A stretch of DNA of 54,477 nt from NCBI GenBank assembly GCA_002071025.1, contig MWEJ01000002.1:1-54477 (forward strand). The letters are read 5' to 3'. The notes below the pieces were generated by a model that was not told the DNA's origin, did no database searches, and worked only from the letters and a program-made list of their open reading frames with translations. A program made the position numbers and the translations under genes. Every line of letters begins with the position of its first letter. Within the stretch, counting starts at the first letter, position 1. Shown here one piece after another: positions 26,790 through 35,382 of this stretch. The DNA is from Verrucomicrobia bacterium ADurb.Bin070. Lineage in GTDB: Bacteria; Verrucomicrobiota; Kiritimatiellia; RFP12; UBA1067.

Positions 26790-29700
26790 ATGTCGGATTT
26801 CGACCAAGAACTGCACCGTATCAACGGCAAGATCAACCGTTGGCACGCCACGGAGCATCTGATCGTGGCGGCGGCCCTTCTGCTGACCGCGTGGGTGGCG
26901 CTGACGGCACTCGATGTGTGGCTCCGCCCGCGGACTTACGGACGGCTGTCGTTGTCGCTTGTCCTGATGGCTCTGGCCGGGGCCTCGCTGGTCTGGCTGG
27001 TGCGCGTCGTCAACCGCAAGCGTTCGCCAGCCGCTGTGGCCGCGTTTCTCGAAAAAAGGTTCCCGCAACTCGACAACCACCTCATCAACCGCGTGCTCTT
27101 TGCCAGCGAGCACGCGCCCTCTTCCTGGCTGCGCACTTATTTGAATGAAGGCGTGCCGGGATTCTCCGCGTTGCCGCTGCATGAGATCAAGGATCGTCGC
27201 CTGCGCAAGCGCGGCGCGATTGCCGTGGCGGCCGCAGGGCTTTTGCTGGCCGTGCCCGCGTTCGTGCTCGGCAACGCCTGGACCGTGGCGATGCAGCGCG
27301 TGTTGAATCCCTTCTCGCGCCTTTCGCCGCCGACCTTCGCGACGGTCCTCGCGGTGACTCCGGCGAGCAAGACCATCGCGCAGGGTTCCGGCATCGACCT
27401 GGTGGTGAAGGCCACGGGACGAGCCGGTCAGTTCGTGGATTTGGACCTTTATCCGGCCGATGACAAGCGTTCAACCGTGCGGGTCGGACAGTTCAAGGCG
27501 ACCGGCGTAGAAGAGGAGTTCCCCTACCGGGTCTCTAAAATAGCCACCTCGCTCCGCTACCGGTTCAAAGTCGGCGACGCCTATCCGACAGACACCTACA
27601 CAATCGACACCGTGCCACCGTTAGCGCTCTCCAGCCTGCAGCTCACTGTCACGCCGCCCGGCTACACGTCGCTGGCACCTCTCACATTCGATGCGCTGAC
27701 CAACGCGGTTGCGATCCCAGTTCGCTCCAAAGTCACTTTTCAGATAGCCTGCAACCGACCGCTCGAGACCTCCCAGGTCCTCCTTGACAAGGAAACGTTG
27801 ACGCTGACGCCCGGCACCGACAAGGCGAACTGGTCCGGCGGCATCGTGATTACAGACGGTGCCCTCTTTCAAATTGCGGCGCGCGACACTTACGGCCTTG
27901 AAATGCGAGTGCCGGTGCGCTTTGCCCTTATCGAAGACCGCGCACCCGGTATCCGCTTGGTGATCCCTTCAGCCGCGAAAGCGGTCCTGCCGCCCAACGC
28001 CGCGCCGGTTGTGCAATTCGAGGTCAGCGATGAATACGGTCTCGGCAAGGTGCGCATGGAGCGCGTCAACAAGGGCGCTAAGCCGGGGGCCGAGGGGGAG
28101 GTCCTGAAAGAGTGGGATCTTGCCGGTCAGAAGAGTTTTACGGAAAAGTGGACCGGCTCTCTGGAAGATGTGTCGGCCTCTTCGGCCTTGCGCATCGTGG
28201 CCTGCGACACCGCCGACGGCGACGCACCCAATCGGACGGTCAGCCAGCAGATCCTGTTTGAAATGACGACGCTCTCAGCGCAGCTTGCCGCCGAGCAGCA
28301 GAACCGCGGCGACGCGCGAAAGACGATCGGCGAGCTGGTCGCGCGCCAGCGGGCCGCGCTCACCACCACCGCGCGGTTGCAAGCAGACCTGCCCGCATAC
28401 GATGAGCAGCTCTGGCAGGAGGTCGCCGACAAGCAGAAGTCGATCCGCACGTATGCCGAGACCCTGCTGACGACCAAAGACGCGGCGGTCGGCACGGCAC
28501 GCGTCGCGTTGGACAAGGCGGTTAAAGGGCCGTTACCGGACGCCACCACGCGGCTGACCCACATGGTGACGGGAACGTCGGAAACACGCGAGGAAAATGC
28601 CAAGCTTGCCGTCGACGCGCAAAACACGGTGCTGCGGCTCTTGGTGCAGGCGGACGGCAATATGAACAAGGGGGAGGTCTCACAGGCCGCTGCCGGTGTT
28701 CTGGCCATGCTGGAGGGCATCCGCAAAGGACAGACCGCCAATCTCGCTGCCACATTGAAAGCCGTAGAAAAGGCGTCCGAACTGCAGGAAGCGATCATTG
28801 ACCGGCAGGACTATCTTTCGCAGGACATGGAGGCGATGATCGGCTTCTGCCGGTCAGAGGCCAAACAAGACCGTGACGACGAAGAGTTCGGCGCCCTGAT
28901 GAGCAAGATCGCCGACCGAGCGGTTGAACTGAAACTTCACCCCACCATGGTCACGATCGCCGAGGTCATGGAATCTGAACGGATCGCGGACGCCGTGCCT
29001 CCGCAGAACAGTGTGACCAACGGTATCGCCATGCTGATGGATCTCCTCAAGGAGTGGCGCGAGACCGAGACCAAGGATAAGACTGAAGACGCACTGGCTA
29101 TTATTAAGGATGCGAGGCAGTCCATCAAAAAGATGGAGGATTTGCAGGCGCGCGTCGTGGATGCCCTGCGCGAGACTGGCGGCCAGGGAGACAAGACCGA
29201 AAAAATCGACGATGACTTGCTTGAGGAAATCGTTGAACTCAAAGCAAACATGGCGCAGGCCATGCTGAAGGTCGCCACCGACCTGCAGGCCATGCCTGAG
29301 CTGGATGCCGTCAACGAACTGGTGACCGACACCTTCCAGACGTATGAAGAGATGAAGCAGGAGGAGGGGTCCGGCACCAACGCTGTAGTCGAGGTCGGCC
29401 TGCAAAAAGAGGACTTCTTGCTCGACACACTGATCATGACCGGACAGAAGGCGGACGAGATGGAGATGTGGCTTGTCGCTAAATCTGACAACGTTAAACG
29501 CAACATGGAGACGATCGACAAGGAAGAAATGAAGGGGCCGGTCGGACAGGTGACCATGCCGGAAGAGTTGCAGGACATCATCGGCGACCTGTTGGAGTCC
29601 GAAGAAGAGCAGTCGGAAAAGGCGGATGATTCCGTGACCAATCAAGGCATGGCCAACATTGACATGGGATGGGGCATTTCCGAAGGCGAAACCGTCAGTT

Positions 29701-30365
29701 ACAGCGCGGCCGGCAAATCCGGCAACGACCGTCCTGACCACAAGGATCAGGACGGTCGCTCGCAGGTTGGGAGGCAGGGCATGTCAGACGGCGAGGTGAT
29801 GTCGCGTTCCGGCAAGATCAACGAGGGCGACAAGAATCTTGATAAACGGCGCACGCAGGACTCCAACCAATCCGGTGACGTCGAGGAAGAGGGCCATTCG
29901 GACGCCGTGGCCACGGGCGGCGGCAAGAACTCCGGTTACTCGCAGGACAAGGGGATGGAGGGCGGCGAAGGTGCCACGCGGCGCGACACCAAGGTAGAAG
30001 CCGACTCCGCCGAGAGTACGCGCGCCCAGTTGACCCGTAACGCCGAAGCGGTGTATGCCCAGGCGCAACTCAACAACCTGCGGACTTACGATCTCAAGAA
30101 GTATATTGCATTCAGCAAGCAGATCGATCTGCTGCAGAAGCAAAACGCTTCGCCGGCAATGATTGCCGAACTGCACAAGAAAGCGTTGCAGGCGCTCAGC
30201 ACCACCTACACGTCGCTGGAGAACGGTATCGGCAACGCGGACATGGGGGCGGTCAGCAATACGGAGAACGCTGCGGAAGCGATCGCCGCATCGCCGGACG
30301 AAGCACCGGCCGAATACCGCGATATGGTGTCGGATTACTTCAAAGCGATCGGCGAGATGCAATAG
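26790..30365 (+). CDS. 1191-aa membrane protein: three N-terminal TM helices, beta-rich region, long helical/coiled-coil region, acidic low-complexity tail (function unknown)
   Basis: AAGGAG at 26778-26783, 6 nt before the ATG. TM segments are LIVAAALLLTAWVALTALDVWL, LSLSLVLMALAGASLVWLV and AIAVAAAGLLLAVPAFVLG. Residues ~180-480 are beta-like (V/T-rich). Residues ~480-900 are Ala/Leu/Glu/Lys/Gln-rich helical sequence. Residues ~900-1100 are rich in D/E/G/S/K. The overall architecture loosely recalls proteins I remember as annotated DUF4175, but this is unverified. Confidence 0.6.
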   Translation: MSDFDQELHRINGKINRWHATEHLIVAAALLLTAWVALTALDVWLRPRTYGRLSLSLVLMALAGASLVWLVRVVNRKRSPAAVAAFLEKRFPQLDNHLINRVLFASEHAPSSWLRTYLNEGVPGFSALPLHEIKDRRLRKRGAIAVAAAGLLLAVPAFVLGNAWTVAMQRVLNPFSRLSPPTFATVLAVTPASKTIAQGSGIDLVVKATGRAGQFVDLDLYPADDKRSTVRVGQFKATGVEEEFPYRVSKIATSLRYRFKVGDAYPTDTYTIDTVPPLALSSLQLTVTPPGYTSLAPLTFDALTNAVAIPVRSKVTFQIACNRPLETSQVLLDKETLTLTPGTDKANWSGGIVITDGALFQIAARDTYGLEMRVPVRFALIEDRAPGIRLVIPSAAKAVLPPNAAPVVQFEVSDEYGLGKVRMERVNKGAKPGAEGEVLKEWDLAGQKSFTEKWTGSLEDVSASSALRIVACDTADGDAPNRTVSQQILFEMTTLSAQLAAEQQNRGDARKTIGELVARQRAALTTTARLQADLPAYDEQLWQEVADKQKSIRTYAETLLTTKDAAVGTARVALDKAVKGPLPDATTRLTHMVTGTSETREENAKLAVDAQNTVLRLLVQADGNMNKGEVSQAAAGVLAMLEGIRKGQTANLAATLKAVEKASELQEAIIDRQDYLSQDMEAMIGFCRSEAKQDRDDEEFGALMSKIADRAVELKLHPTMVTIAEVMESERIADAVPPQNSVTNGIAMLMDLLKEWRETETKDKTEDALAIIKDARQSIKKMEDLQARVVDALRETGGQGDKTEKIDDDLLEEIVELKANMAQAMLKVATDLQAMPELDAVNELVTDTFQTYEEMKQEEGSGTNAVVEVGLQKEDFLLDTLIMTGQKADEMEMWLVAKSDNVKRNMETIDKEEMKGPVGQVTMPEELQDIIGDLLESEEEQSEKADDSVTNQGMANIDMGWGISEGETVSYSAAGKSGNDRPDHKDQDGRSQVGRQGMSDGEVMSRSGKINEGDKNLDKRRTQDSNQSGDVEEEGHSDAVATGGGKNSGYSQDKGMEGGEGATRRDTKVEADSAESTRAQLTRNAEAVYAQAQLNNLRTYDLKKYIAFSKQIDLLQKQNASPAMIAELHKKALQALSTTYTSLENGIGNADMGAVSNTENAAEAIAASPDEAPAEYRDMVSDYFKAIGEMQ

Positions 30366-30396
30366 TGTGCGGACGAGCCGCTCAAGGAGTCGTGTG

Positions 30397-32694
30397 GTGT
30401 TGAAGATTAGAGAGAAGACCGTCCCCCTCAAACGAAAAAGGTTGGACCGTCGTTGTGCGAGGCACCTTCCATTCTTCTTTATATCCGTCACGCTGTTCGC
30501 AGCCGGGCGGAGCGGGGCGCAGCAAGAGGCGTGGGCCGTACCCGGCGCGGCGCTGCGGGTAGACGTGACCGTCTCGCGTGAGCCTGACCATCCCGATCTG
30601 GGTGTTTTCGTTAAGATCCCCAACGGGGGCCTGTTACCCGGCAAATTCCGCATCCCTGATGTGCGCGACGCTCAGGGTAAACAGTTGGAAAGTCTCATTG
30701 TCGCGGACTCACAAACCGACGGTTTCGGAGTGCTGTTCGCCAAGCCTGGCGACGGGGAGACCGCTACGGTCTATATCACACCTTCCGCCAGTGCGCCACC
30801 GCGGCCTGCGAGCACGCGTCTTTTCCCGGCGACCTTTTTCTTTTCAAAAAACGGCAACGCCAGTCTCGAAGTGGCCAAGCGAATGGAGCGGGATTATCCG
30901 CCCGCACAAGGCGCATCGTTCGACGAATGGGATTATGGCATCGGATCGATGGTCAACCCCTTCGGCCCTGATGATGATTTTTCCACGTGGATTGTCGGCG
31001 CGTTTTTTTTGGAAAAGAAGGAGCGTATCTATTTTTGCACGATTTCGGATGAAGGTTCCGAGTTCGCGATCAACGGCAAGACGGTCCACAGTTGGCCCGG
31101 GATCCATACGCGGCAAGGCGGCGCCAAAGGGCAGCGCGGCGATTGGGTTGAACTTGGACCAGGACTGCACCGTATCGACTACTATCACTTCGAAAAAACC
31201 GGCCCTCAGGAAATCAACCTCTGCTGGAAGCGTCCCGGCATGGAGACGAAAGACGGGTTGCCGGAGCATGTGTCCGGACTCGCCCAGTCGGGACGGGCCG
31301 ACATCAAACGGATCGCGTTCAAGGACGGTCGCGTCGCGGGTGTCATCCGCGGCAACACCCAACGACTCGGCTATTACTGGATTGGTGAAAAGCCGCTGGT
31401 TTTGTTCGCGCTTTCGTACGGCGCGGTAACGCCGTCGGACACGCAGTCTGTCACATGGGAGTTCCCCCCCAACAAGCGCTTTGCCGAACCCGCGATTGAC
31501 TGGCTGGTTTCGGGGGACCCCGACACCATTTCCTATCCCGTTACGCTAGCCGTTTCTAATGCGGCGGGGCTCGCACGAACCACGGTGCACATGCGCTGTT
31601 TCTGGACCCCTCCCGCGCTCTCGTTGGACACCAAGAGCGACCGGCTCACGGTGAGAAAAGCCCTTTATGACATGTTGCGCGCTGTTCCTCAACCTGCCGA
31701 TCCCTGCGCTGACTGGAGCAACGATCACTGGGGCATGCTGATCGAACTGCTGGAACCCTATAACGCCGGTCCGATTCTGATCGAGCTTTTCAACCGCGGC
31801 TTCGACACGCTGCAGAAAAGGCCCGCCGAAGAGCGTTGGGTTTTGGAAGACCGATTCATTGAGACGCTGCGTCTGCAACGCAAAGACAAGCTCCTGCTGG
31901 ACTGGATCGCACGGCTGGAGAAAAACGAGAGAACCAGCGCGCGTAAATTTCGCTGGAAAGATGAGCGGGTGTGCGCCTATCTGTTTGACATCAACAATCC
32001 TGCGGCAGCCAAACGCGAAGTCGTGTTTTTAAAAGAAACGGCGATCGCACCGGACCAGACACAACTCGCGGCACTGCGCCAAGGGGATGTCGAGCGGGCT
32101 CTCGGTAATTATGACGCTGCCATGAAGTTCTACAAGGATGCGCAAGACCGATTCAGAAGCCGCAATAAAGTCGGCATGGCCGGCGGACGCTTGACGTATG
32201 TGGGAGCCCGCAAGCGGCGCGACGCCGAGCCCGAAACCAACACGACCGCCAAGGCGTCATCCAAGCGGCCTGCGATGCAGAGTCTCGCCTCGAGGATGAA
32301 GGTGGACGACTGGAAGGTCTATACCGTGCATGATGCGTCCATGTATGCAACGATCACGAGCTTCCTCGCCCAAGATGCGTTGCCGGAAGCCTTTCAGAAG
32401 CTGACCGATTGGGAGAACGAATCGCCTGCCTCCAAGCTCTCCGGAGACTACCCGATGGCGGAAGCCCGGGTTTATCTCTCTGTCGGTGATCTGCGCCGCG
32501 CGGTCAATGCGTTGGCGACCTATCGCAAGAGCGTGACCATGAGCGCCCAGCTCGCGGACGCCATGAAGCTGGAGATTGAGTGCCTGCAACAGCTCAACGA
32601 CAAAACACGTATCAAAGAAATCGCCGCTGATTTTGTTCAACGCTTCCCGGGGCATCCCTATGAAGCAGCCATGAAAGAGGTGCTCGCGCCATGA
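30397..32694 (+). CDS. secreted protein with PA14-like domain and C-terminal TPR-like helical repeats
   Basis: ORF-track frame 30163..32694 overlaps the previous gene. The start is placed at GTG 30397 (alternatives GTG 30394, TTG 30400) after AAGGAG at 30384-30389. The signal peptide is HLPFFFISVTLFAAGRSGAQQ. The PA14-like block is FCTISDEGSEFAINGKTVHSW...WVELGPGLHRIDYYHFEKTGPQEINLCWKRPG (about nt 30980-31240). The C-terminal third is helical, with ALGNYDAAMKFYKDA-type repeats. Confidence 0.6.
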   Translation: MLKIREKTVPLKRKRLDRRCARHLPFFFISVTLFAAGRSGAQQEAWAVPGAALRVDVTVSREPDHPDLGVFVKIPNGGLLPGKFRIPDVRDAQGKQLESLIVADSQTDGFGVLFAKPGDGETATVYITPSASAPPRPASTRLFPATFFFSKNGNASLEVAKRMERDYPPAQGASFDEWDYGIGSMVNPFGPDDDFSTWIVGAFFLEKKERIYFCTISDEGSEFAINGKTVHSWPGIHTRQGGAKGQRGDWVELGPGLHRIDYYHFEKTGPQEINLCWKRPGMETKDGLPEHVSGLAQSGRADIKRIAFKDGRVAGVIRGNTQRLGYYWIGEKPLVLFALSYGAVTPSDTQSVTWEFPPNKRFAEPAIDWLVSGDPDTISYPVTLAVSNAAGLARTTVHMRCFWTPPALSLDTKSDRLTVRKALYDMLRAVPQPADPCADWSNDHWGMLIELLEPYNAGPILIELFNRGFDTLQKRPAEERWVLEDRFIETLRLQRKDKLLLDWIARLEKNERTSARKFRWKDERVCAYLFDINNPAAAKREVVFLKETAIAPDQTQLAALRQGDVERALGNYDAAMKFYKDAQDRFRSRNKVGMAGGRLTYVGARKRRDAEPETNTTAKASSKRPAMQSLASRMKVDDWKVYTVHDASMYATITSFLAQDALPEAFQKLTDWENESPASKLSGDYPMAEARVYLSVGDLRRAVNALATYRKSVTMSAQLADAMKLEIECLQQLNDKTRIKEIAADFVQRFPGHPYEAAMKEVLAP

Positions 32695-33587
32695 TGACAT
32701 TCCGTATAGCAGCCCGTGCGGCAGGCGCTCTGCTGGTCGTTCTCGCGGCAACGCTGGCAGGCGCGGCGATCAAAATCGATCCCGGCAACATGTCGCCCTA
32801 TAGCAAAACCAAGGTCGGCATCAACCTGTATTCCAAACCCGATCCCTCGGCCGGAGGCGGCTTGCGCGGCATGATCGCCGGCAATCCATCCGAGGTGCTC
32901 GGCGTTCTGGCCATGCCTCAAAAATTCCCACACATTTCTGCACTGTCGGATGTGGAGGGCGGCGGCTCCACCAAGAATGCGCGCAACATCAACAAAGACA
33001 TGACCAATCAGGTCTATCTCGCCGCGTTGGGCGCGAATAATGCGTTCTCCTTCTACGGGTTGCCGCCCGGAAAATATGATCTTTTTGTGCTGTGCGAGAA
33101 CTGTTTTTACGAAGGCCTGCTGCTCTCGCGCGAACCGAACACATTGGCCGATCCTGACGTGCGCGCGATCAAAGCGAAGGTCAACGAGTCCAATCCTTTT
33201 TTCAACGTTAAAAACCAGCACCGCATCGAAGGGCAGGGCGGAACCTTTGGTAAAGCACGCGTTTTGGAACAGGAAGTCCGGACCCTGCCGGTCACCCTGC
33301 AAAGCGCCGAAGTCCTGAAGCACATACAAATCCGCAGCATCAAGCTCTGCCTGATGGAAAGTGTCGGGACCAGTAAGCTAGGCACCCATTGGGAGATGAA
33401 AAAGACCCGCGAGATCGCACGTCAGGAAATGGGCCCCCCCGACACCAAAGGACTGATTCCCGGCTACTTCTGCAAGCCGCTCCAAGGCATCCGCGTGGCG
33501 ACCTCTGTGAAGGATTTGGGGACGATCACGTTGGCCAGCGATCCCGCCCCCGGGACATCTGCCGTGCCAGCCCAAGAATCACGTTAA
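32691..33587 (+). CDS. secreted protein of unknown function
   Basis: 298 aa. The ATG overlaps the upstream stop (ATGATGA). The signal peptide is MMTFRIAARAAGALLVVLAATLAGAA. The segment FSFYGLPPGKYDLFVLCE resembles strands of carboxypeptidase-regulatory/prealbumin-like folds. Confidence 0.5.
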   Translation: MMTFRIAARAAGALLVVLAATLAGAAIKIDPGNMSPYSKTKVGINLYSKPDPSAGGGLRGMIAGNPSEVLGVLAMPQKFPHISALSDVEGGGSTKNARNINKDMTNQVYLAALGANNAFSFYGLPPGKYDLFVLCENCFYEGLLLSREPNTLADPDVRAIKAKVNESNPFFNVKNQHRIEGQGGTFGKARVLEQEVRTLPVTLQSAEVLKHIQIRSIKLCLMESVGTSKLGTHWEMKKTREIARQEMGPPDTKGLIPGYFCKPLQGIRVATSVKDLGTITLASDPAPGTSAVPAQESR

Positions 33588-33617
33588 GTCTGTCTGACAA
33601 TAAAGGAACACACACAC

Positions 33618-35003
33618 ATGGCAAAGTTATTCTTGCAACAGCCCGAGGGCGACCAATTGCTGACCGAACTCGCGCCGACCCAACCCTATCTGATCGGGCG
33701 CAGCGAAGACTGTTCTATCTGCATCCCCGTCGAAGCGATTTCCAGCCGGCACGCGCAACTCACCCCCGTCGACGAGGGCTGGATTCTTGAAGACCTGAAC
33801 AGTTCCAATGGAACGACAGTCAACGGGCAGACGTTGGGCAAGGCGATTCTCGCCAGCGGATGCCAGATCATTCTTGGCGGGCAGGTTGTTTTGCTCTTCA
33901 TTGAAGAACCTGCCGCTGAGCAAGCGAGCGAGCCTGCCGCCGCAGAAGCGCAGCCTGCCGTAAAAAAAGGCCGGCGCGAACTGAAGGTGCAGGGGGCGTC
34001 GGAAGAAGATCTCAAGCTCGTTAAGGCGATGTCGCTGCGCTCCGAGAAGATCCGGACGGAAATCGCCAAGGTCATCATCGGACAGGTCGACATCATCGAC
34101 CAAGTGATGATGGTCATCATCGCAGGCGGGCACGGTCTGCTTGTCGGTATGCCCGGCATGGCCAAAACCACGCTCTGCGCCACGATCGCCAAGGTGCTCG
34201 ACATGGAGTTTAAGCGCGTCCAATTCACGCCGGATTTGATGCCCACCGACATCACCGGCACCGAGATCCTGGAACACGACCCCGTGACGGACAAAAAGAG
34301 CTTCCGGTTTATCAAGGGGCCGATTTTCACCAACATGCTGCTGGCCGACGAAATCAACCGTACGCCGCCCAAGACTCAAGCCTCCCTGCTGGAAGCCATG
34401 CAGGAAAAATGCGTAACGGTCGGGAATCAGACTTACAAGCTCGACGCCCCCTTCTTTGTGCTCGCCACGCAGAATCCGATCGAACAGGAGGGCACCTACC
34501 CGCTGCCGGAAGCGCAGCAAGACCGTTTTATGTTCAACCTGTGGGTGGATTACCCAAAAGAGGACGAGGAAGAGACCGTGGTGAAGGCAACCACCGTTGC
34601 CAAAAGTGAACAACCTCAGAAGGTCATCACCAAGGACGAACTGCTCCAGCTCCAAGCTGTGGTGCGAAAGATTCCTGTATCCGATCACGTCATCAAATAT
34701 GCCGTCCGCCTCGTGCGCGCCACGCGGCCCCAAGACGAGAAAAGCCCGGATTTCATTAAGAAGTATGTCTCAAACGGTGCAGGCCCGCGTGCCGGACAGT
34801 TCCTCGTGATGGCAGCCAAAGCGCGTGCCGTGCTGGAAGGTCGAATCCACGTAAGCTGTGGCGATGTCGTGAAAGCAGCGGTGCCGGTGCTGCGCCACCG
34901 CATCATCGCTAACTTCGCGGCCGACTCAGAAGGACTCTCGACGACCGCTATTGTCGAGCGTTTGCTCAAGGCGGTCGAACAGCCCGACGACAAGGACTAT
35001 TGA
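33618..35003 (+). CDS. FHA domain fused to MoxR-class AAA+ ATPase (AAA_3)
   Basis: 461 aa. The N-terminal FHA pattern is YLIGRSEDCSICIP...ISSRHAQL...WILEDLNSSNGTTVNGQ. MoxR blocks are Walker A GMPGMAKT, Walker B LLADEINRTPPKTQASLLEAMQE and FFVLATQNPIEQEGTYPLPEAQQDRF. Confidence 0.85.
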   Translation: MAKLFLQQPEGDQLLTELAPTQPYLIGRSEDCSICIPVEAISSRHAQLTPVDEGWILEDLNSSNGTTVNGQTLGKAILASGCQIILGGQVVLLFIEEPAAEQASEPAAAEAQPAVKKGRRELKVQGASEEDLKLVKAMSLRSEKIRTEIAKVIIGQVDIIDQVMMVIIAGGHGLLVGMPGMAKTTLCATIAKVLDMEFKRVQFTPDLMPTDITGTEILEHDPVTDKKSFRFIKGPIFTNMLLADEINRTPPKTQASLLEAMQEKCVTVGNQTYKLDAPFFVLATQNPIEQEGTYPLPEAQQDRFMFNLWVDYPKEDEEETVVKATTVAKSEQPQKVITKDELLQLQAVVRKIPVSDHVIKYAVRLVRATRPQDEKSPDFIKKYVSNGAGPRAGQFLVMAAKARAVLEGRIHVSCGDVVKAAVPVLRHRIIANFAADSEGLSTTAIVERLLKAVEQPDDKDY

Positions 35004-35092
35004 CGTCGAACGCGTGCTGTCATCCCTTCACAGCCGCCCTCCCCTTTACGTGATCCGTTCGTCCTCCCCCTTCATGTTGGTTTGGAGTGCCT

Positions 35093-35350
35093 ATGACCGC
35101 AGAATCATCTGATACCGTATTTCTGTCTTTTGTCTGTCCCGCATGCAATCAAGAAATCGAGGCGCCGGCTGAAATAGCCGGGAGAGAGAGTGAATGTCCG
35201 GCGTGTGCGGCCCCGATTACTGTACCCTCAACTTCAGAACCGGGCACACTGTGGGCTTCGCAGCCCCTCTCCAAAAGCGGCCCCACGCAGGCCCAGCGTG
35301 ACGCCATGAAAAGCCGCACCATTCGTATTGAACTCCCTGAGAGTTGGTAA
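35093..35350 (+). CDS. small double-CxxC zinc-ribbon protein
   Basis: ORF-track frame 35087..35350 (GTG). ATG 35093 lies 5 nt after GGAG. The sequence FVCPACNQEIEAPAEIAGRESECPACAAPITVP carries four Cys residues as two CPAC knuckles. Confidence 0.55.
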   Translation: MTAESSDTVFLSFVCPACNQEIEAPAEIAGRESECPACAAPITVPSTSEPGTLWASQPLSKSGPTQAQRDAMKSRTIRIELPESW

Positions 35351-35382
35351 CCCCGTTTCCCTTGTTACGCCCCCCTTCTGTC

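Noticed and set aside
28167-28181. A DVSAS (DxSxS) match in protein A, considered as a possible MIDAS motif of a hidden vWA domain.
   Set aside because: It is not preceded by the hydrophobic beta-strand seen in vWA domains (…vvlvlDxSxS). The surrounding sequence (WTGSLEDVSASSALRIVACD) does not resemble a Rossmann-like vWA fold by eye. Structure prediction is needed to settle this.
30163-30396. N-terminal 78 codons of the 843-aa ORF-track entry, overlapping the end of gene A.
   Set aside because: AAGGAG at 30384-30389 followed by GTG/GTG/TTG, and a signal peptide beginning right after, indicate that the real start is near 30397. The upstream part is Arg-rich read-through of another frame of gene A.
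28854-30653. Antisense ORFs of 295, 234 and 289 aa opposite the acidic tail of protein A.
   Set aside because: The sense strand uses GAG/GAC/AAG/GGC-rich codons. Their complements (CTC/GTC/CTT/GCC) are stop-free, which gives Leu/Val/Phe/Ser-rich pseudo-proteins. No SD or start context was found.
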